Shown here in pieces: positions 1 to 11,883 of a DNA stretch of 64,000 nucleotides. The DNA is from Octopus sinensis. Lineage: Eukaryota. Location of the stretch: positions 178,374,001 to 178,438,000 of the forward strand of contig NC_042997.1 of the NCBI RefSeq assembly GCF_006345805.1, in the 5' to 3' direction. How positions within the stretch are numbered: position 1 is the first letter of the stretch; the number at the start of each line of letters is the position of its first letter. Under the pieces are notes generated by a model that saw only the letters and a list, made by a program, of their open reading frames with translations, had not been told where the DNA came from and did no database searches. The translations under genes and the position numbers were made by a program.

Positions 1-120
1 GTTTATTGAGCGAAAACATCTAAAAAAGCTCCACGAGGCTCTGCAGGGGGTGGTGGTGACCCCTGTTGTACTCTTTCGCCACAACTTTCTCTCACTCTCT
101 CTTCCTGTTTCTTGAGTAAA
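1..120 (+). mobile_element. Partial tRNA-derived SINE (family E), truncated
   Basis: Matches the body of the copies at 30225-30537 and 40890-41066 in reverse complement. Ends in a 21-bp tandem repeat (cttgagtaaacattatacatt, about 3 copies, 110-180). Confidence 0.75.
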
Positions 121-293
121 CATTATACATTCTTGAGTAAACATTATACATTATACATTCTTGAGTAAACATTATACATTATACTACATTATAAAACAGA
201 CACACACACATGGTAATAAAAACTATACTACACTGTAAAACACACACACACACACACACACATTGATGGGCTTGAAACACTTCACATGGTTTC

Positions 294-843
294 ATCATCA
301 TCATCGTTTAACGTTCGCTTTCCATGCTAGCATGGGTTGGACGATTTGACTGACGACTGGTGAACCAGATGGCTGCACCAGCCTCCAATCTTGATCTGGC
401 AGAGTTTCTACAACTGGATGCCCTTCCTAATGCCAACCACTCCGAGAGTGTAGTTGGTGCTTTTACGTGCCACCAGCACAAGATCCAATCAGGCTGTACT
501 GGCAACGGCCATGCTCAAATAGTGTTTTTTACATGCCACCTGCACGGGAGCCAGTCCAGCGGCACCGGCAATGACCTCGCTCGAATGTTTTTTCACGTGC
601 CAGTAAGGTGATGCTGGTAATGATCACACTCGAATGGTGCTTTTTACATGCCACCGGCATAGAAATCAGTTAGCTGCTCTGGCAACAATCACGCTCGGAT
701 GGTGCTCCAAATTCCCTCATAAAGCATTGGTCACCCTAGGACTTTAGTAGAAGACACCTATCCAAGGTGCTGTACAGTGGGACTGAATCCAAAACCTCAT
801 GGTTGCAAAGTAAGCTTCTTGACCACATAGTCATGTCAGTGCA
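294..843 (-). mobile_element. SINE family A with (GAT)n tail, internal ~60-bp repeats and tRNA-like head
   Basis: Reverse complement of the tail ...gttaggaagggcatccagctgtagaaa...catgctagcatggaaagcggacgttaaacgatgatg seen at 2220-2370, 3865-4032 and 14353-14532. tRNA/CORE-like head at about 740-843. Confidence 0.8.
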
Positions 844-900
844 TAATTAAATAAGTTAATGCAAAGTGAGCTATTTCAACATATTCTATTATTGGCTATG

Positions 901-1096
901 TTAACCCTTTAGCTTTTAAACTGACTACGTTTTCTGTTCAAACTGGCCACATTCACACCTACCCTACCATATCATTCGAAAAATAAGCAATAACATCATT
1001 GAAATCTTGAAGCTATGAGACAGTGTATGATTAATTCAAGACTGTGAATAAATAAGCATTACATTTGACAAAGTAATTTGAATGCAAAAGGGTTGA
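901..1096. mobile_element. piggyBac-like MITE (second truncated copy at 1280-1478)
   Basis: TTAA-CCCTTTAGC at left and GCAAAAGGGTTGA at right, i.e. TTAA target with CCC-starting TIR. The internal sequence is repeated at 1280-1478. Confidence 0.6.
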
Positions 1097-1896
1097 ACAA
1101 ATATATCGTGGTTACAGCCATTTCACTTATCAATAATAATGTGAATAAAACTTAGCGATGCATGAACACCACAGATTCTTGTTTATCAGCTTATACAGTC
1201 TGGATTGATTAAGACAGTTGACACCAGTCAGTTGTAGTGAAAACTACCAATTTCGTACTCAGTACCACTTGTATGTATTTTAACCCTTCAGCGTTTAAAC
1301 TGGCCATGTCTGGCCCAAATATTCTCCTTGTTTTATGTTCAAACTGGCCAGATCTAGCCTCTCACACCTACTCTGCAATTTCATTCTAAAAATATACAAT
1401 CACATCATCAAAATCTTGAAACTATGAGATAATGCATGATTTATTCAAAACAATGTGAATAAATAAGCATTACATTAAAATTAAAATTTTAAATTTTAAA
1501 TTAATGCATTCTCTAGCCGGAAAAAGCTACTGCAGTGAATTATTTTCTGCAGTGTCATATCTGTAAATTTGTGCGCCAAAATGAGGACTTTTGAAAAATA
1601 ACCACAAGTGTAATAGGTAGAACTATATACATGTCCGACCTTGTGCATAGTCCTGCAAATTATATTTGTATGGACGTTCATACTGAAGATCTATGGACAA
1701 ATTGTGTATGTAAAATTACGTAATCTGTTGATAGTGAAACATCGTTTATGATTAATCTATATTTTGTTACTTTTCATTTGTCTTTCTCGCTTATGTTCTG
1801 GTGCTTGCTAAATTTTCTTGAGACATTTCTTAGTGGTAAGACCATAGCGGATCTACTTCTAGCATAAGGGTTGTCCACATAGTAGTCATCCCTCTC

Positions 1897-1965
<69 letters not shown>

Positions 1966-1967
1966 GG

Positions 1968-2370
1968 GTTGGCAACCCTTGTATCCTTGTGGTACCAGTG
2001 CCGGTGGCACATAAGAAATCCATCCGAACATGACCGTAGCCAGTACCGCATCGACTGGCCTCCGTGCTGAGGGCACGTAACAAACACCATCCGAGCGTGG
2101 CCGTTCGCCAGCCTCGTCTGGCACCTGTGTCGGTGGCACATAAGAAAACACCATCCGAGCGTGGCCGTCTGCCAGCCTTGTCTGGCACCTGTGTCGGTGG
2201 CACATAAAATCACCCACTACACTCTCGGAGTGGTTGGCGTTAGGAAGGGCATCCAGCTGTAGAAACACTGCCAGATCTGACTGGCCTGGTGCAGCCTTTG
2301 GGCTTGCCAGACCCCAGTTGAACCGTCCAACCCATGCTAGCATGGAAAGCGGACGTTGAACGATGATGAT
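1968..2370 (+). mobile_element. SINE family A (internal tandem ~60-bp units plus GAT tail)
   Basis: Direct repeats caccatccgagcgtggccgt...ggtggcacataa, then the family A tail ending gatgatgat. Confidence 0.85.
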
Positions 2371-2687
2371 ATATCATGGACTCTCCTGTAGTTAGACAAC
2401 GTACAATGGTTCAGCAATTTTTTGCTGAACAACCATATAGATGATTTATTTATAGTGATCAAATGTTTGTGTACACATAAGCTTACTCCCTCCATCAAAT
2501 CGATAATTACCTGTACAGGTGCACTGTGTAGCACATGTCAGATGACGAAATGATCGCAGAGCAACTTGAAATGAAGTGATTTGCTTAAGAACGCAACGCA
2601 GTGCCCAGTCTGGGAATCGAACTCACAATCCTCCATTCGTGAGTGCGACACCCTAACCACTAAGCTATGCACCTTCACACTCATATA

Positions 2688-3095
2688 TATTCTTTTATTC
2701 GTTTACTTGTTTCAGTCATTTGACTACAGCCATGCTGGAGCACCACCTTGTAGGTTTCTTTTAGTCAAAGAAACCAACTTCATGACTTAGTTTTTGTAAA
2801 CCTAGTACCTATTCTATCAGTCGCTTTTGCCGAACTGCTAAGTTACAGGGACATAAACATATCAGCATCAGTTGTCAAGTGAGAGTGGGGGTGGGGGTCA
2901 AGCACACACACATACACACACAAATATATACATGTGTGTATATATGACGAGCTTCTTTATGTTTCCATCTACTAAATCCACTCACAAGGCTTTGGTCGGC
3001 ATGAGGCTATAGTTGAAGACACCCTAGGTGTCACATGGTGGGACTGAACCTGGAACTATGTGGTTGGGAAGCAAACTTCGCTTCTTACCACACAG
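2688..3095 (-). mobile_element. tRNA-derived SINE family B with internal microsatellite
   Basis: Reverse complement of the full copy at 19593-20000 (head ggcgcaggagtggctgtgtgg...ggttcagtccc, CORE-like ttgggcaagtgtcttc, tail gactgaaacaagtaaaag). Confidence 0.8.
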
Positions 3096-3132
3096 CCACA
3101 CACACACATATATATAGGGAGAGGGAGAGAGA

Positions 3133-3196
<64 letters not shown>

Positions 3197-3864
3197 TACA
3201 TATATATATATATATGTAAAAAATAACTGCTTGAATTTCACAGTTTTAGTCTATCATTTTTCTCTGATTACGTGTTGGTTGGTTTGAGGCTATAATAAAA
3301 ATACATTTGGTAAATGTCTTGAAGATTGAATTTGAACCCAGAACTACGTTTTCATGAAGTGAATTTCTTAAGCTGAAAATCACTAAAAATATTCAATGCT
3401 TGACTACAGTTGTGTGTGAAAATAATTGTTGTTTACTCATCTGGTTGAACTTTGGATTATAAGATTGTTTGCTTGTGTCTTGGTTATGTTTGCTTACCTT
3501 ACATTTTGCATCGGACATTCTGTGTGTATCTGTGTGTGCTCACATATGCATATGTGCAATACGGTCAATCCGTCTGTCGCTCTGTCAGACAAACATATTG
3601 AAATATCAGAATGGTAAACATTTGAGTTGGCAAGTGATTACAGAGTCACTAAACACGGGTCTTTCTGTGTCAATCCTACTTAATCTCTTCTGGTGTTTTT
3701 CATATTTTCTATTTGCACCAATTCTACATTTATCTATTTGAATGTGAGTTGACCTTTGTAAAATTTGCCATGAAGGGTTTTTTTATACTTATTGTTTAAA
3801 ATCTCACCTTTTTTGTTGTTGCAGTTAATAGTGGTTAATTAATCTTGAAGTTAATTATTTAGTT

Positions 3865-4032
3865 ACTCTCAGAGTGGTTGGCATTAGGAACGGCATCCAG
3901 CTGTATAAATTCTGCCAGATCAGATTGGAGTCTGGTGCAGCCATCTGGTTCGCTAGACCTCAGTCAAATCGTCCAACCCATGCTAGCATGGAAAGCGGAC
4001 ATTAAACGACTACGATGATGATGATGATGATT
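3865..4032 (+). mobile_element. 5'-truncated SINE family A
   Basis: actctcagagtggttggcattaggaa...catgctagcatggaaagcggacattaaacg followed by (GAT)n. Confidence 0.85.
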
Positions 4033-5313
4033 TTTATATCAATTTTAAAGGAAATTTAAGTGTACAGCATCAGCTCATTGTGAAAGGCTGAGTCTAAATG
4101 AGTTAAAAAAAACAGCTGGGTATCTGATGTTTGTTATTTTTTAGCTCTAGGTTAGCCCTGTTCCAGTCATGACCATCTTGTCTCTTTTTGTATCCTTCCC
4201 TTTTGAAAGACCTGACTGCTATACTGAGCAGATAAAGCAGTTTTGTTTGAAATACCTTTTTGTAGATTTAGATGGTGAACACAGGAGGTGTTTGCATTGT
4301 TAAGGCCATGTAATGTCAGAGATGATGCTTCAAGGTTGAAAAACTGTTGTGAGTTGGCAGTGGAGAGTGCTGTAATGGAAGTAGATACAAGGAGGGTAAA
4401 TCTAAGAACTTTAGATCTCACAGACAAGATGACTTAGAATTTAGATAAATGAAGTTGTCATTTATTTGTAGTTTACTCTTGATTCAAAAAATGTAAGATC
4501 AAAGGCATTCCAACTGTGACCATCCCATCATTTTTGTTTTTCAGAGAGTGTATCAAGATTATGGAAAATAATGTGATCTGATTTTTAAGATAACAGGGTG
4601 CAATTTGAGAAAGCATTTGCTATTTCTGACTAGTTGATTCATTGCCTAAAGGTTCTCATATGGATTCGTAAAGCAACTGAAGTCAATTTGTATTATAAGA
4701 CCCACCCATTTTACATGTTCCAACACAGGAAAAATAAAGATATTTAAATGGGAGTAATTAAAATGGATAAATAATTTGGAGATGATTTCAATATTTTGAA
4801 ACTGAAATCAAAAGATGTTGGTATTGTATTTCTATAGTTTTTGGATTTTTTTCGAATGAGAAGCAAACATTTTTCATACATATTATATTTTAGTGAATCA
4901 TTAATTTCAACTTAATTAACTTTTTTTTGTTTTTATTTTTTTTATTTTTTATCAGCATCGACAAATAGATTTCTTGCTCAAAATGGGTCCTGCTATAATT
5001 CCCTCCTGAAGTTCTTCAATGGTGGCACCTATGAGAAGAATCCTTCACGCTATGAAATGTAAATAAAGTGAAGAGCATCAAATGATTATTGATATTATTA
5101 TCTAAAGAGAGAGGAGAGAATGAAGGAAAGAGAGCAGAAATTAATCAAATGAAAATGAGATAAATTTACTCAAAGAAATTTTGTGCCAAAATTATGTGCA
5201 TGTCAGTGTTTTCTTTAATGAAGCAAGACTGCTGCAAAAGGATCATTCAAACTAGATTTCAATTGTTTACATTTAAATCATTGAAGTTCATGAAGATTCC
5301 ACTTACAAAATAG

Positions 5314-5382
<69 letters not shown>

Positions 5383-5398
5383 ATATATATATATATAT

Positions 5399-5704
5399 AA
5401 AATCAAAATAAGCAACAAGGATATCCAGAGGTAATGTAGTACAGTCGTTTCAAGCAACTCCATTTAATAAGCTGAAGTGAAGACAGCATGTTCTTTGTCT
5501 ATCTCCTTACCTTCTTGGAGATTTTAGGGAAAATTATACTAATATGTCCATCTGTTTAATTTAATTAAATTCTATGTCTTTATGCAGCTGAGGATTGCTC
5601 TGCATTTAAATTGATGTAATGATTGCATTGTTCAATTAAATGGAGTTGCTTGAAACGATTGTACTGCATTACCTCTGGATATCTTTGTTGCTTATTTTGA
5701 TTTT
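5399..5704. repeat. Inverted repeat (~70-bp arms) of Penelope-terminus type
   Basis: Left arm aaaatcaaaataagcaacaaggatatccagaggtaatg...catttaat (5399-5468) is the near-exact reverse complement of 5634-5704. Confidence 0.85.
5582..5669 (+). ncRNA. Type I hammerhead ribozyme-like fold (helix II base imperfect)
   Basis: AUGCAG-CUGAGGA-[long hairpin]-GAAA-CGAUUG-UA^CUGCAU. Helix I is 6 bp and both core segments are present, but U-U mismatches sit at the base of helix II. Confidence 0.55.
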
Positions 5705-7082
5705 AATCACCTTATTTTGAAATTGTATGGATAATACTGTACTAAATTCTAGTGCCTCAACTTAAGAACCATATTCATCTGAATCTATATATGCATGTAT
5801 ATTTTGGAGAAATTTTGAAACATGTCTTTTGAAACATGTCTTTGACCAAAATCATTTATTTTCATATAGATAAAAAAATATTTTCTGACTTATGGGATAG
5901 GGAACTTTATTCCAATTCTACATTTGATGTTCCAACAACATAGCAGAAATTTGCTGAGTTTAACTGTTTCAATATTCTTGTTTTGTCTTTTTCATATTCT
6001 GGCTGGGAGAAGCTCTATTAAAAAAAAAAAAACACCTTCCAGACTCTTGTTTCTGCTGAAGTTTGGTCTGGTCTAGTGGGAATTAAGATGTATTATTACC
6101 AGGATTATGCCATAATGAATCCAAAGAGCCAGTCTCTGGCAATATGAAGGTGCTTATGATAATCATAAAACCACACATTTTATAGATTTAGCTGGCTCGG
6201 TTAACTCTGGTGAGATTTGAAGCAGAATGTAAAGTGTTTGTCCAGCACAATATCACTTCTGCCAAATCTTAATAATAATAATAATAATAATCCTTTCTAC
6301 TATAGGCACAAGGCCTGAAATTTTGGGGGAGGGGGCCAGTTGATTAGAATGACCCCAGTATGTAGCTGTTACTTAATTTATCAATTCTGAAAGATGATAG
6401 GCAGTCAACCTCGGCGGAATTTGAAGATTATTATTATTATTATTATTATTATCATCATCAATAATAATAATTAATGTCAAATATTCTGTTTTAGTTTCTT
6501 ATATTTGTTACTATAAAATAAAAAATGTAAACAAGAAATAGTTTTGCATGGAATTGCTTCTGTGAATAAAGTACTAAATTTGATAATATTTATTTTGTTA
6601 TTTACGAGAATGTCTCTTCTTCAAATGACGTGTTCAAAAGAGAGAAGTGTTAAAATTGATATTTGATATCTTACAAATAAATTCACTACGTAGGTGGTAG
6701 TCCATCAATAAATATAGCTCTTTCAACTATTCTCAATGAAAGTATTGACACTTTTTTTTTTTGTATTACATTTTAAAAAATTCTGGCTTTATGGCATGGC
6801 TCTTATATCAGTCTTCAGTTGTTCTTGAATTAGACATCTATTATTTAAAGTTGCTACTCATCCCTCTCCTTAATATATTCCATTCCTCTTATTGGCTTGG
6901 CATTGAATTTCCATAATTCAACTGTAATGATAACAAGCCGTTTTAATAATTATCTTTAATTTCTTTTTCATGCTCACATATTTATCATTTTTATGTCATA
7001 AGAAACTGAAGTATATGCATTGTCTCTAAACTACAAACTTTTATTATTATTATCATTATTATTAATATTATTATTATTATTA

Positions 7083-7120
<38 letters not shown>

Positions 7121-7446
7121 TATTATTATTTTTTTTTTTTTTAAAATATTTTAGCATTTTTATTCCATTTCCATTTACTGAATGCCTAGTAATACACATG
7201 ACACTTGGCCTTGAAGCAATTCATACTACACAGTCGTGTATGTCGTGTATCAGGTGAGCCTGATTAAATAGAAAGAAATATGGTATTACAGATAGATGGC
7301 AGAATGACTAGATGTCACTCATCTATCTACCACTCCAGATGTACCACACTTGTGTTTAGTAGAGAACCATACTACTCACTTCAACATGCAGTCATCAGTC
7401 GGGGGAGGTGTAGCAGTCTGGACATATTATACTCACTTCCACTATC

Positions 7447-7845
7447 CAGGAGTGGCTGTGTGGTAAGTAGCTTGCTTACCAACCACATGGTCTCAGGTTC
7501 AGTCCCAGTGCGTGGCACCTTGGGCGAGTGTCTTATACTATAGCTGTGGGCCGACAAAAGCCTTGTGGGTGGATTTGGTAGACGGAAACTGAAAGAAGCC
7601 TGTCGTATATATGTATATACATATATGTGTGTGTGTTTGCGTGTCTGTGTTTGTCCTCCCCAACATCGCTTGACAATCAATGCCGGTTTGTTTACGTCCC
7701 TGTAACTTAGTGGTTCGGCAAAAAGAGACCGATAGAATAAGTACTAGGCTTACAAAAGAATAAGTCCTGGGATCGATTTCCTTGACTAAAGGCGGCGCTC
7801 CAGCATGGCCACAGTCAAATGACTGAAACAAGTAAAAGAGTAGAG
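7447..7845 (+). mobile_element. SINE family B
   Basis: A-box/B-box tRNA head, CORE-like segment, (TA/TG)n middle and family B tail. Confidence 0.85.
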
Positions 7846-7959
7846 TGGTGATGATGATGAAATGAAGGGCACTATTTTTGTTGTTTGTAGTTTTTATAAT
7901 TTGTTGTCACTGTACAAGGCTTCTTCAAGCGTGCTTGTTTTAGAGCCAGGTTTTCAGTC

Positions 7960-8170
7960 GGTCACTGACGTATGAGTGAAGAAGTTGTGCTCCTGAGTCT
8001 GGACAGTGATGAGAAGATGTGACCAATGTCATCTGCACATGAGATTGTACATGAGTTTTGACGAGATGTGGGAAATTTGTATAGGTGTAGGTGTGAGGAA
8101 GGATCTCTGTGGTACGCCATTCAGATAAATTGCAAATTCTGGATATGTTGGCTTTTTTGTGTGACTGCAT
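7960..8170 (-). mobile_element. Degenerate non-LTR retrotransposon RT fragment
   Basis: Minus strand gives NGVPQRSFL (GVPQGS-like, RT domain 4) followed, after a frameshift, by ADDIGH (ADD motif, RT domain 5). Confidence 0.55.
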
Positions 8171-8308
8171 AGGCTCAGATTGTCTTTTACAAGATAGTTG
8201 TATTGTTGGCTCATAATTTTCAATATAGGAAAGTCAAAACTGGTAATATACTAGGGTAAAATTTGTAGCATTTTGCCTAACTTAGAAATCATCATCATTA
8301 CTACCACC

Positions 8309-8339
<31 letters not shown>

Positions 8340-8379
8340 CCATTATTATCACTGTCATCATCATCATCATCATCATGGA

Positions 8380-9085
8380 TTGGCAGAATAGTGCATTGGA
8401 TAAAATGCTTTGCAGTCCCTTTTCCAACTCTCTATGCTCTGAGTTCAAATCCCACTGAGGTTGACTTTACTTTTTAACATTTCAGGGTTGATAAAATAAA
8501 GAACCAGTCAAATACTGGGGTCAGCATAATAGACTTGCTGCTCTCCCTCAAAATTGCTGGCCTTGTGACAAAATTAGCAAGAATTATTTAGTAACATTAT
8601 TTTGTTGTTATCATTTCATAACTTTATAAGGTGGTGAGCTGGCAGAGTTGTTAGTACACTGGATGGAATGCTTAGCAGTATTTCACCTGTCATTATGTTC
8701 TGAGTTCAAATTCCACCAAGGTCGACTTTGTCTTTTATTCTTTTGGGATCGATAAATTTAGTACCAGTGAAACACTGGGGTCGATGTAATTGACTAGTCC
8801 CCTCCCCACCAAATTTCAGGCCTTGTGCCTTTATTAGAAAGGATTATTTCTCACCTTTATAAAGTGGTGAGCTGGCAGAACCATTAGCATGCCAGGTAAA
8901 ATGATTAGTGACATTTTGTCTGTCTTTAGACAGGTCTGCTTTGCCTTTCATCATTTCAGGGTCCACTTTGACTTTCATCCTTTCAGGTTCAATGAAATTA
9001 GTACCAGTTCAGCACTGGGGTTGATGTAATCAACCAGTCTCATCCTCCAAAAGTTCAGGCCTTGCGCCTATAAGAAAAAGAATTA
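8380..9085 (+). mobile_element. Three consecutive degenerate Deu/Nin-domain SINEs (family C)
   Basis: Repeated gagttcaaat-tcc-ccgaggtcgactttgcctttcatcctttcggggtcgataaa-taagtaccag motif at about 8440, 8700 and 8940, with many CpG>TpG/CpA changes. Confidence 0.75.
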
Positions 9086-9189
9086 TTTCACACCTTTATT
9101 ACCGCTGTTAGAGCAGGAGGTAAGGTACCAGTAATCCAAACTGTTGCTTTGATATTAGCTCCTAGTTGAAAGTAGTTCACTTCACTCAC

Positions 9190-9522
9190 CTCCTTATGAG
9201 AGCTCAAAATATCGCGTGGAAGCGTCATCCAACCAAAGTACAAATATATGGGAAATTACCACCTATATCATCTTTTGTGAAAAGTAGAAGAGTCCAGTTT
9301 GCTGGACATTGTTGTTGAGCTGAAAACGATGTAATTTCTACTCTTCTCCTCTGGAAGCCATCTGCTCGCAATACCAGAGGGCGCACACTCTCCTACCCTG
9401 ATGTAATCTCCAGGGATACAGGCATCTAGAAACAGGACCTCTGTAATGCTATGATGGACCGTGAAGTCTGGCGTAACATAGTAAATTCCATGGTCTCGAC
9501 CACGGTCGAACAATGATGATGA
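9190..9522 (+). mobile_element. 3' end of an RTE-type LINE with (GAT)n tail
   Basis: Reads LLMRAQNIAWKRHPTKVQIYGKLPPISSFVKSRRVQFAGHCC*AEND...LLWKPS...GRTLSYPDVISRDTGI*...AMMDREVWRNIV...*, then tgatgatgat. This is a typical RTE C-terminus with two in-frame stops. Confidence 0.8.
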
Positions 9523-9670
9523 TCACTTCACTTAAGCAGCTGTTCAGAATTGAGGAAGAAAAAAATCTATGAATGTCATCCAGTCGTTCCTTCTTAATAG
9601 ATCAGTAGCCTTAGGCTTAAGTAAGAAATTATTATTATTATTTGAGTAGTATTAGTATGATAAATACATT

Positions 9671-10050
9671 AGGCGCAGGAGTGGCTGTGTGGTTCCGGGT
9701 TCAGTCCCACTGCATGGCACCTTGGGCAAGTGTCTTCTACTATAGCCTCGGGCCGACCAAAGCCTTGTGAGTGGATTTGGTAGACGGAAACTGAAAGAAG
9801 CCCGTCGTATATATGTATATATATATATATGCGTGTGTGTGTTTGTGTGTCTGTGTTTGTCCCCCTAGCATTGCTTGACAACCAATGCTGGTGTGTTTAT
9901 GTCCCCGTTACTTAGCGGTTCGGCAAAAGAGATCGATAGAATAAGTACTGGGCTTACAAAAGAATAAGTCCTGGGGTCGAGTTGCTCGACTAAAGGCGGT
10001 GCTCCAGCATGGCCGCAGTCAAATAACTGAAACTAGTAAAAGAGTAAAGA
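9671..10050 (+). mobile_element. SINE family B
   Basis: Near-identical to 19593-20000, with a deletion in the tRNA head. Confidence 0.85.
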
Positions 10051-11544
10051 GAGTAGTGAGATTTTATAAGCTTTTGTTTTTCTTTTTATGGACTGAACAT
10101 ACAAAATAATTTTGATCCATTAGCTAGAACTGTTTCATAATAACATAAGTTGAATGTGAGTAAGCCTAGGCAGAGGCTGGGTACCACAAGGCATTAACTA
10201 ATGCATTATAAAAGAGATAACTGTGTTGATGCAGACATTTAACCCTTTTGAAACCAATCCACTTAGGACAGCCATTAGTTGTAGGGTTTTAAAGTGATCT
10301 GAATTCAAACCTCCCATTAAAATTTCATGTAAATTTTTTTCCATAAATATCAGTTTAAGAATGACAGTTATTATTTTACTAAAGCTTCCATTCTTTTCAA
10401 AATTAACTGAAACGAAGGTATAGTATTTGGCAGAAATATGGTAGCAAAAGACTTAATGTAAATTGTTTTTATTTTTTATTTTCTTTTATTCGTTTCAGTC
10501 ATTGGCCTGTGGCCATGCTGGAGCACCACCTTGAAGGGTTTTAGTTGAACAAATTGATCCTGGTACTTAGTTTTTTTTTTAAAGTTTAGCATTTATTCTA
10601 TTGGTCACTTTTGGTAAACTGCTAAGTTACGTTGGCATAAACAAACCAATGGCAGTTGTCAAGTGGGAGAAGAGTTGTAAACACACACACACACACACAT
10701 GTATATATATATATATAATGGGCTTCCATGCAGTTTCTGTCTATCAGATTCACTCACAAGGCACTGGTCAACTTGGGTCTATAGTAGAAGATACCCAAGG
10801 TGCTGTACAGTGGGATTGAACCCCAAATATGTGGTTGCAAAGCAGATGAAATTAAAAGAAAAACATAATACAGAGTTTAGAGTACATGTGATAGAGGTAG
10901 CTAGAGCATGCCATCATAAGAGGTTGAAGAGAAGAACAACATCCATAAAGTTACAGTATTGCAAAACTTAGCAAACAAATATATAAATGAGATTAATTGG
11001 CTAAAGAAATTTGTTGATCGGAGCTCAGTTTGTGCAGTTGTCTAAACTATAGGATCTTGTAGATGATTCCTAGGGAAACTTTGCTGCTGCAAAATAATCT
11101 AGTGACCACATAGAGGTTCCCCCATTGGTTTAATCAATCTAATGGTTTAGTTTTCTTGCCTAAACTTTAGCAGTAATTCTAATACACTATTAAATTTCTC
11201 AATTGAATTGCTTACAGTCCTGAATTTGGATCCAGTTTCAGTCAGTCTCTTGTCTAATGCATTTAATAAAGTTCTGTTCCTTCAGTGCTAAATGAAGAGG
11301 TACATGTTGGGCTATTATGTTTTGTGTAAGCCAATTTATCCTAGTACAGACCAAGTGCTAGCCAATTCTAATGATTTTTTTGCAGTATCTGTTAAAGATT
11401 TTAGGATTTCTATTCTGAAAAATCTAGCTTTTGTAAAAGCAGAAGTGAGAAAGATGTTCAAGTTGGTCATATTTAGAACTGCCTGCTTCCACAATTTGAG
11501 TATATGACTTATATCAAAGTTGCAAATTGGTGGAGCCTTTAGAG

Positions 11545-11883
11545 CAGTGGTTCTCAACCGGGGTCCATATGACTCCTGGAGGCCCATATGAGATTTTGTG
11601 AGTTCATACTAGCAAAATAGTGAATTGGGGATCCACAATGATATTTTGAGAGTTTATGAAAAGGTTTGATTTAAATGTATTAATTACAAAAAACAGCCAG
11701 GTTTCTTTTGCTAATGTTTTACATAGTTTAACCTTCACAAGTTAGTGAGTGAATAGCAAAATAGGAATTTTGGAAGAAGTAGCTATAAATTTAGTTTTCA
11801 AACATCAAACGGCTATGGGGGGTTCACCAGAATAAAACAGTAAATAAAGGGGTCCATAGATAAAAGATGGTTGAAAACCATTG
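11545..11883. mobile_element. hAT-type MITE
   Basis: TIRs CAGTGGTTCTCAACC / GGTTGAAAACCATTG and a perfect 8-bp TSD CTTTAGAG (11537-11544 and 11884-11891). Confidence 0.85.

Noticed and set aside
1790-1870. MFWCLLNFLETF resembling the MBTPS1 CFWLL exon
   Set aside because: No acceptor AG in position, an early stop, and no downstream similarity.
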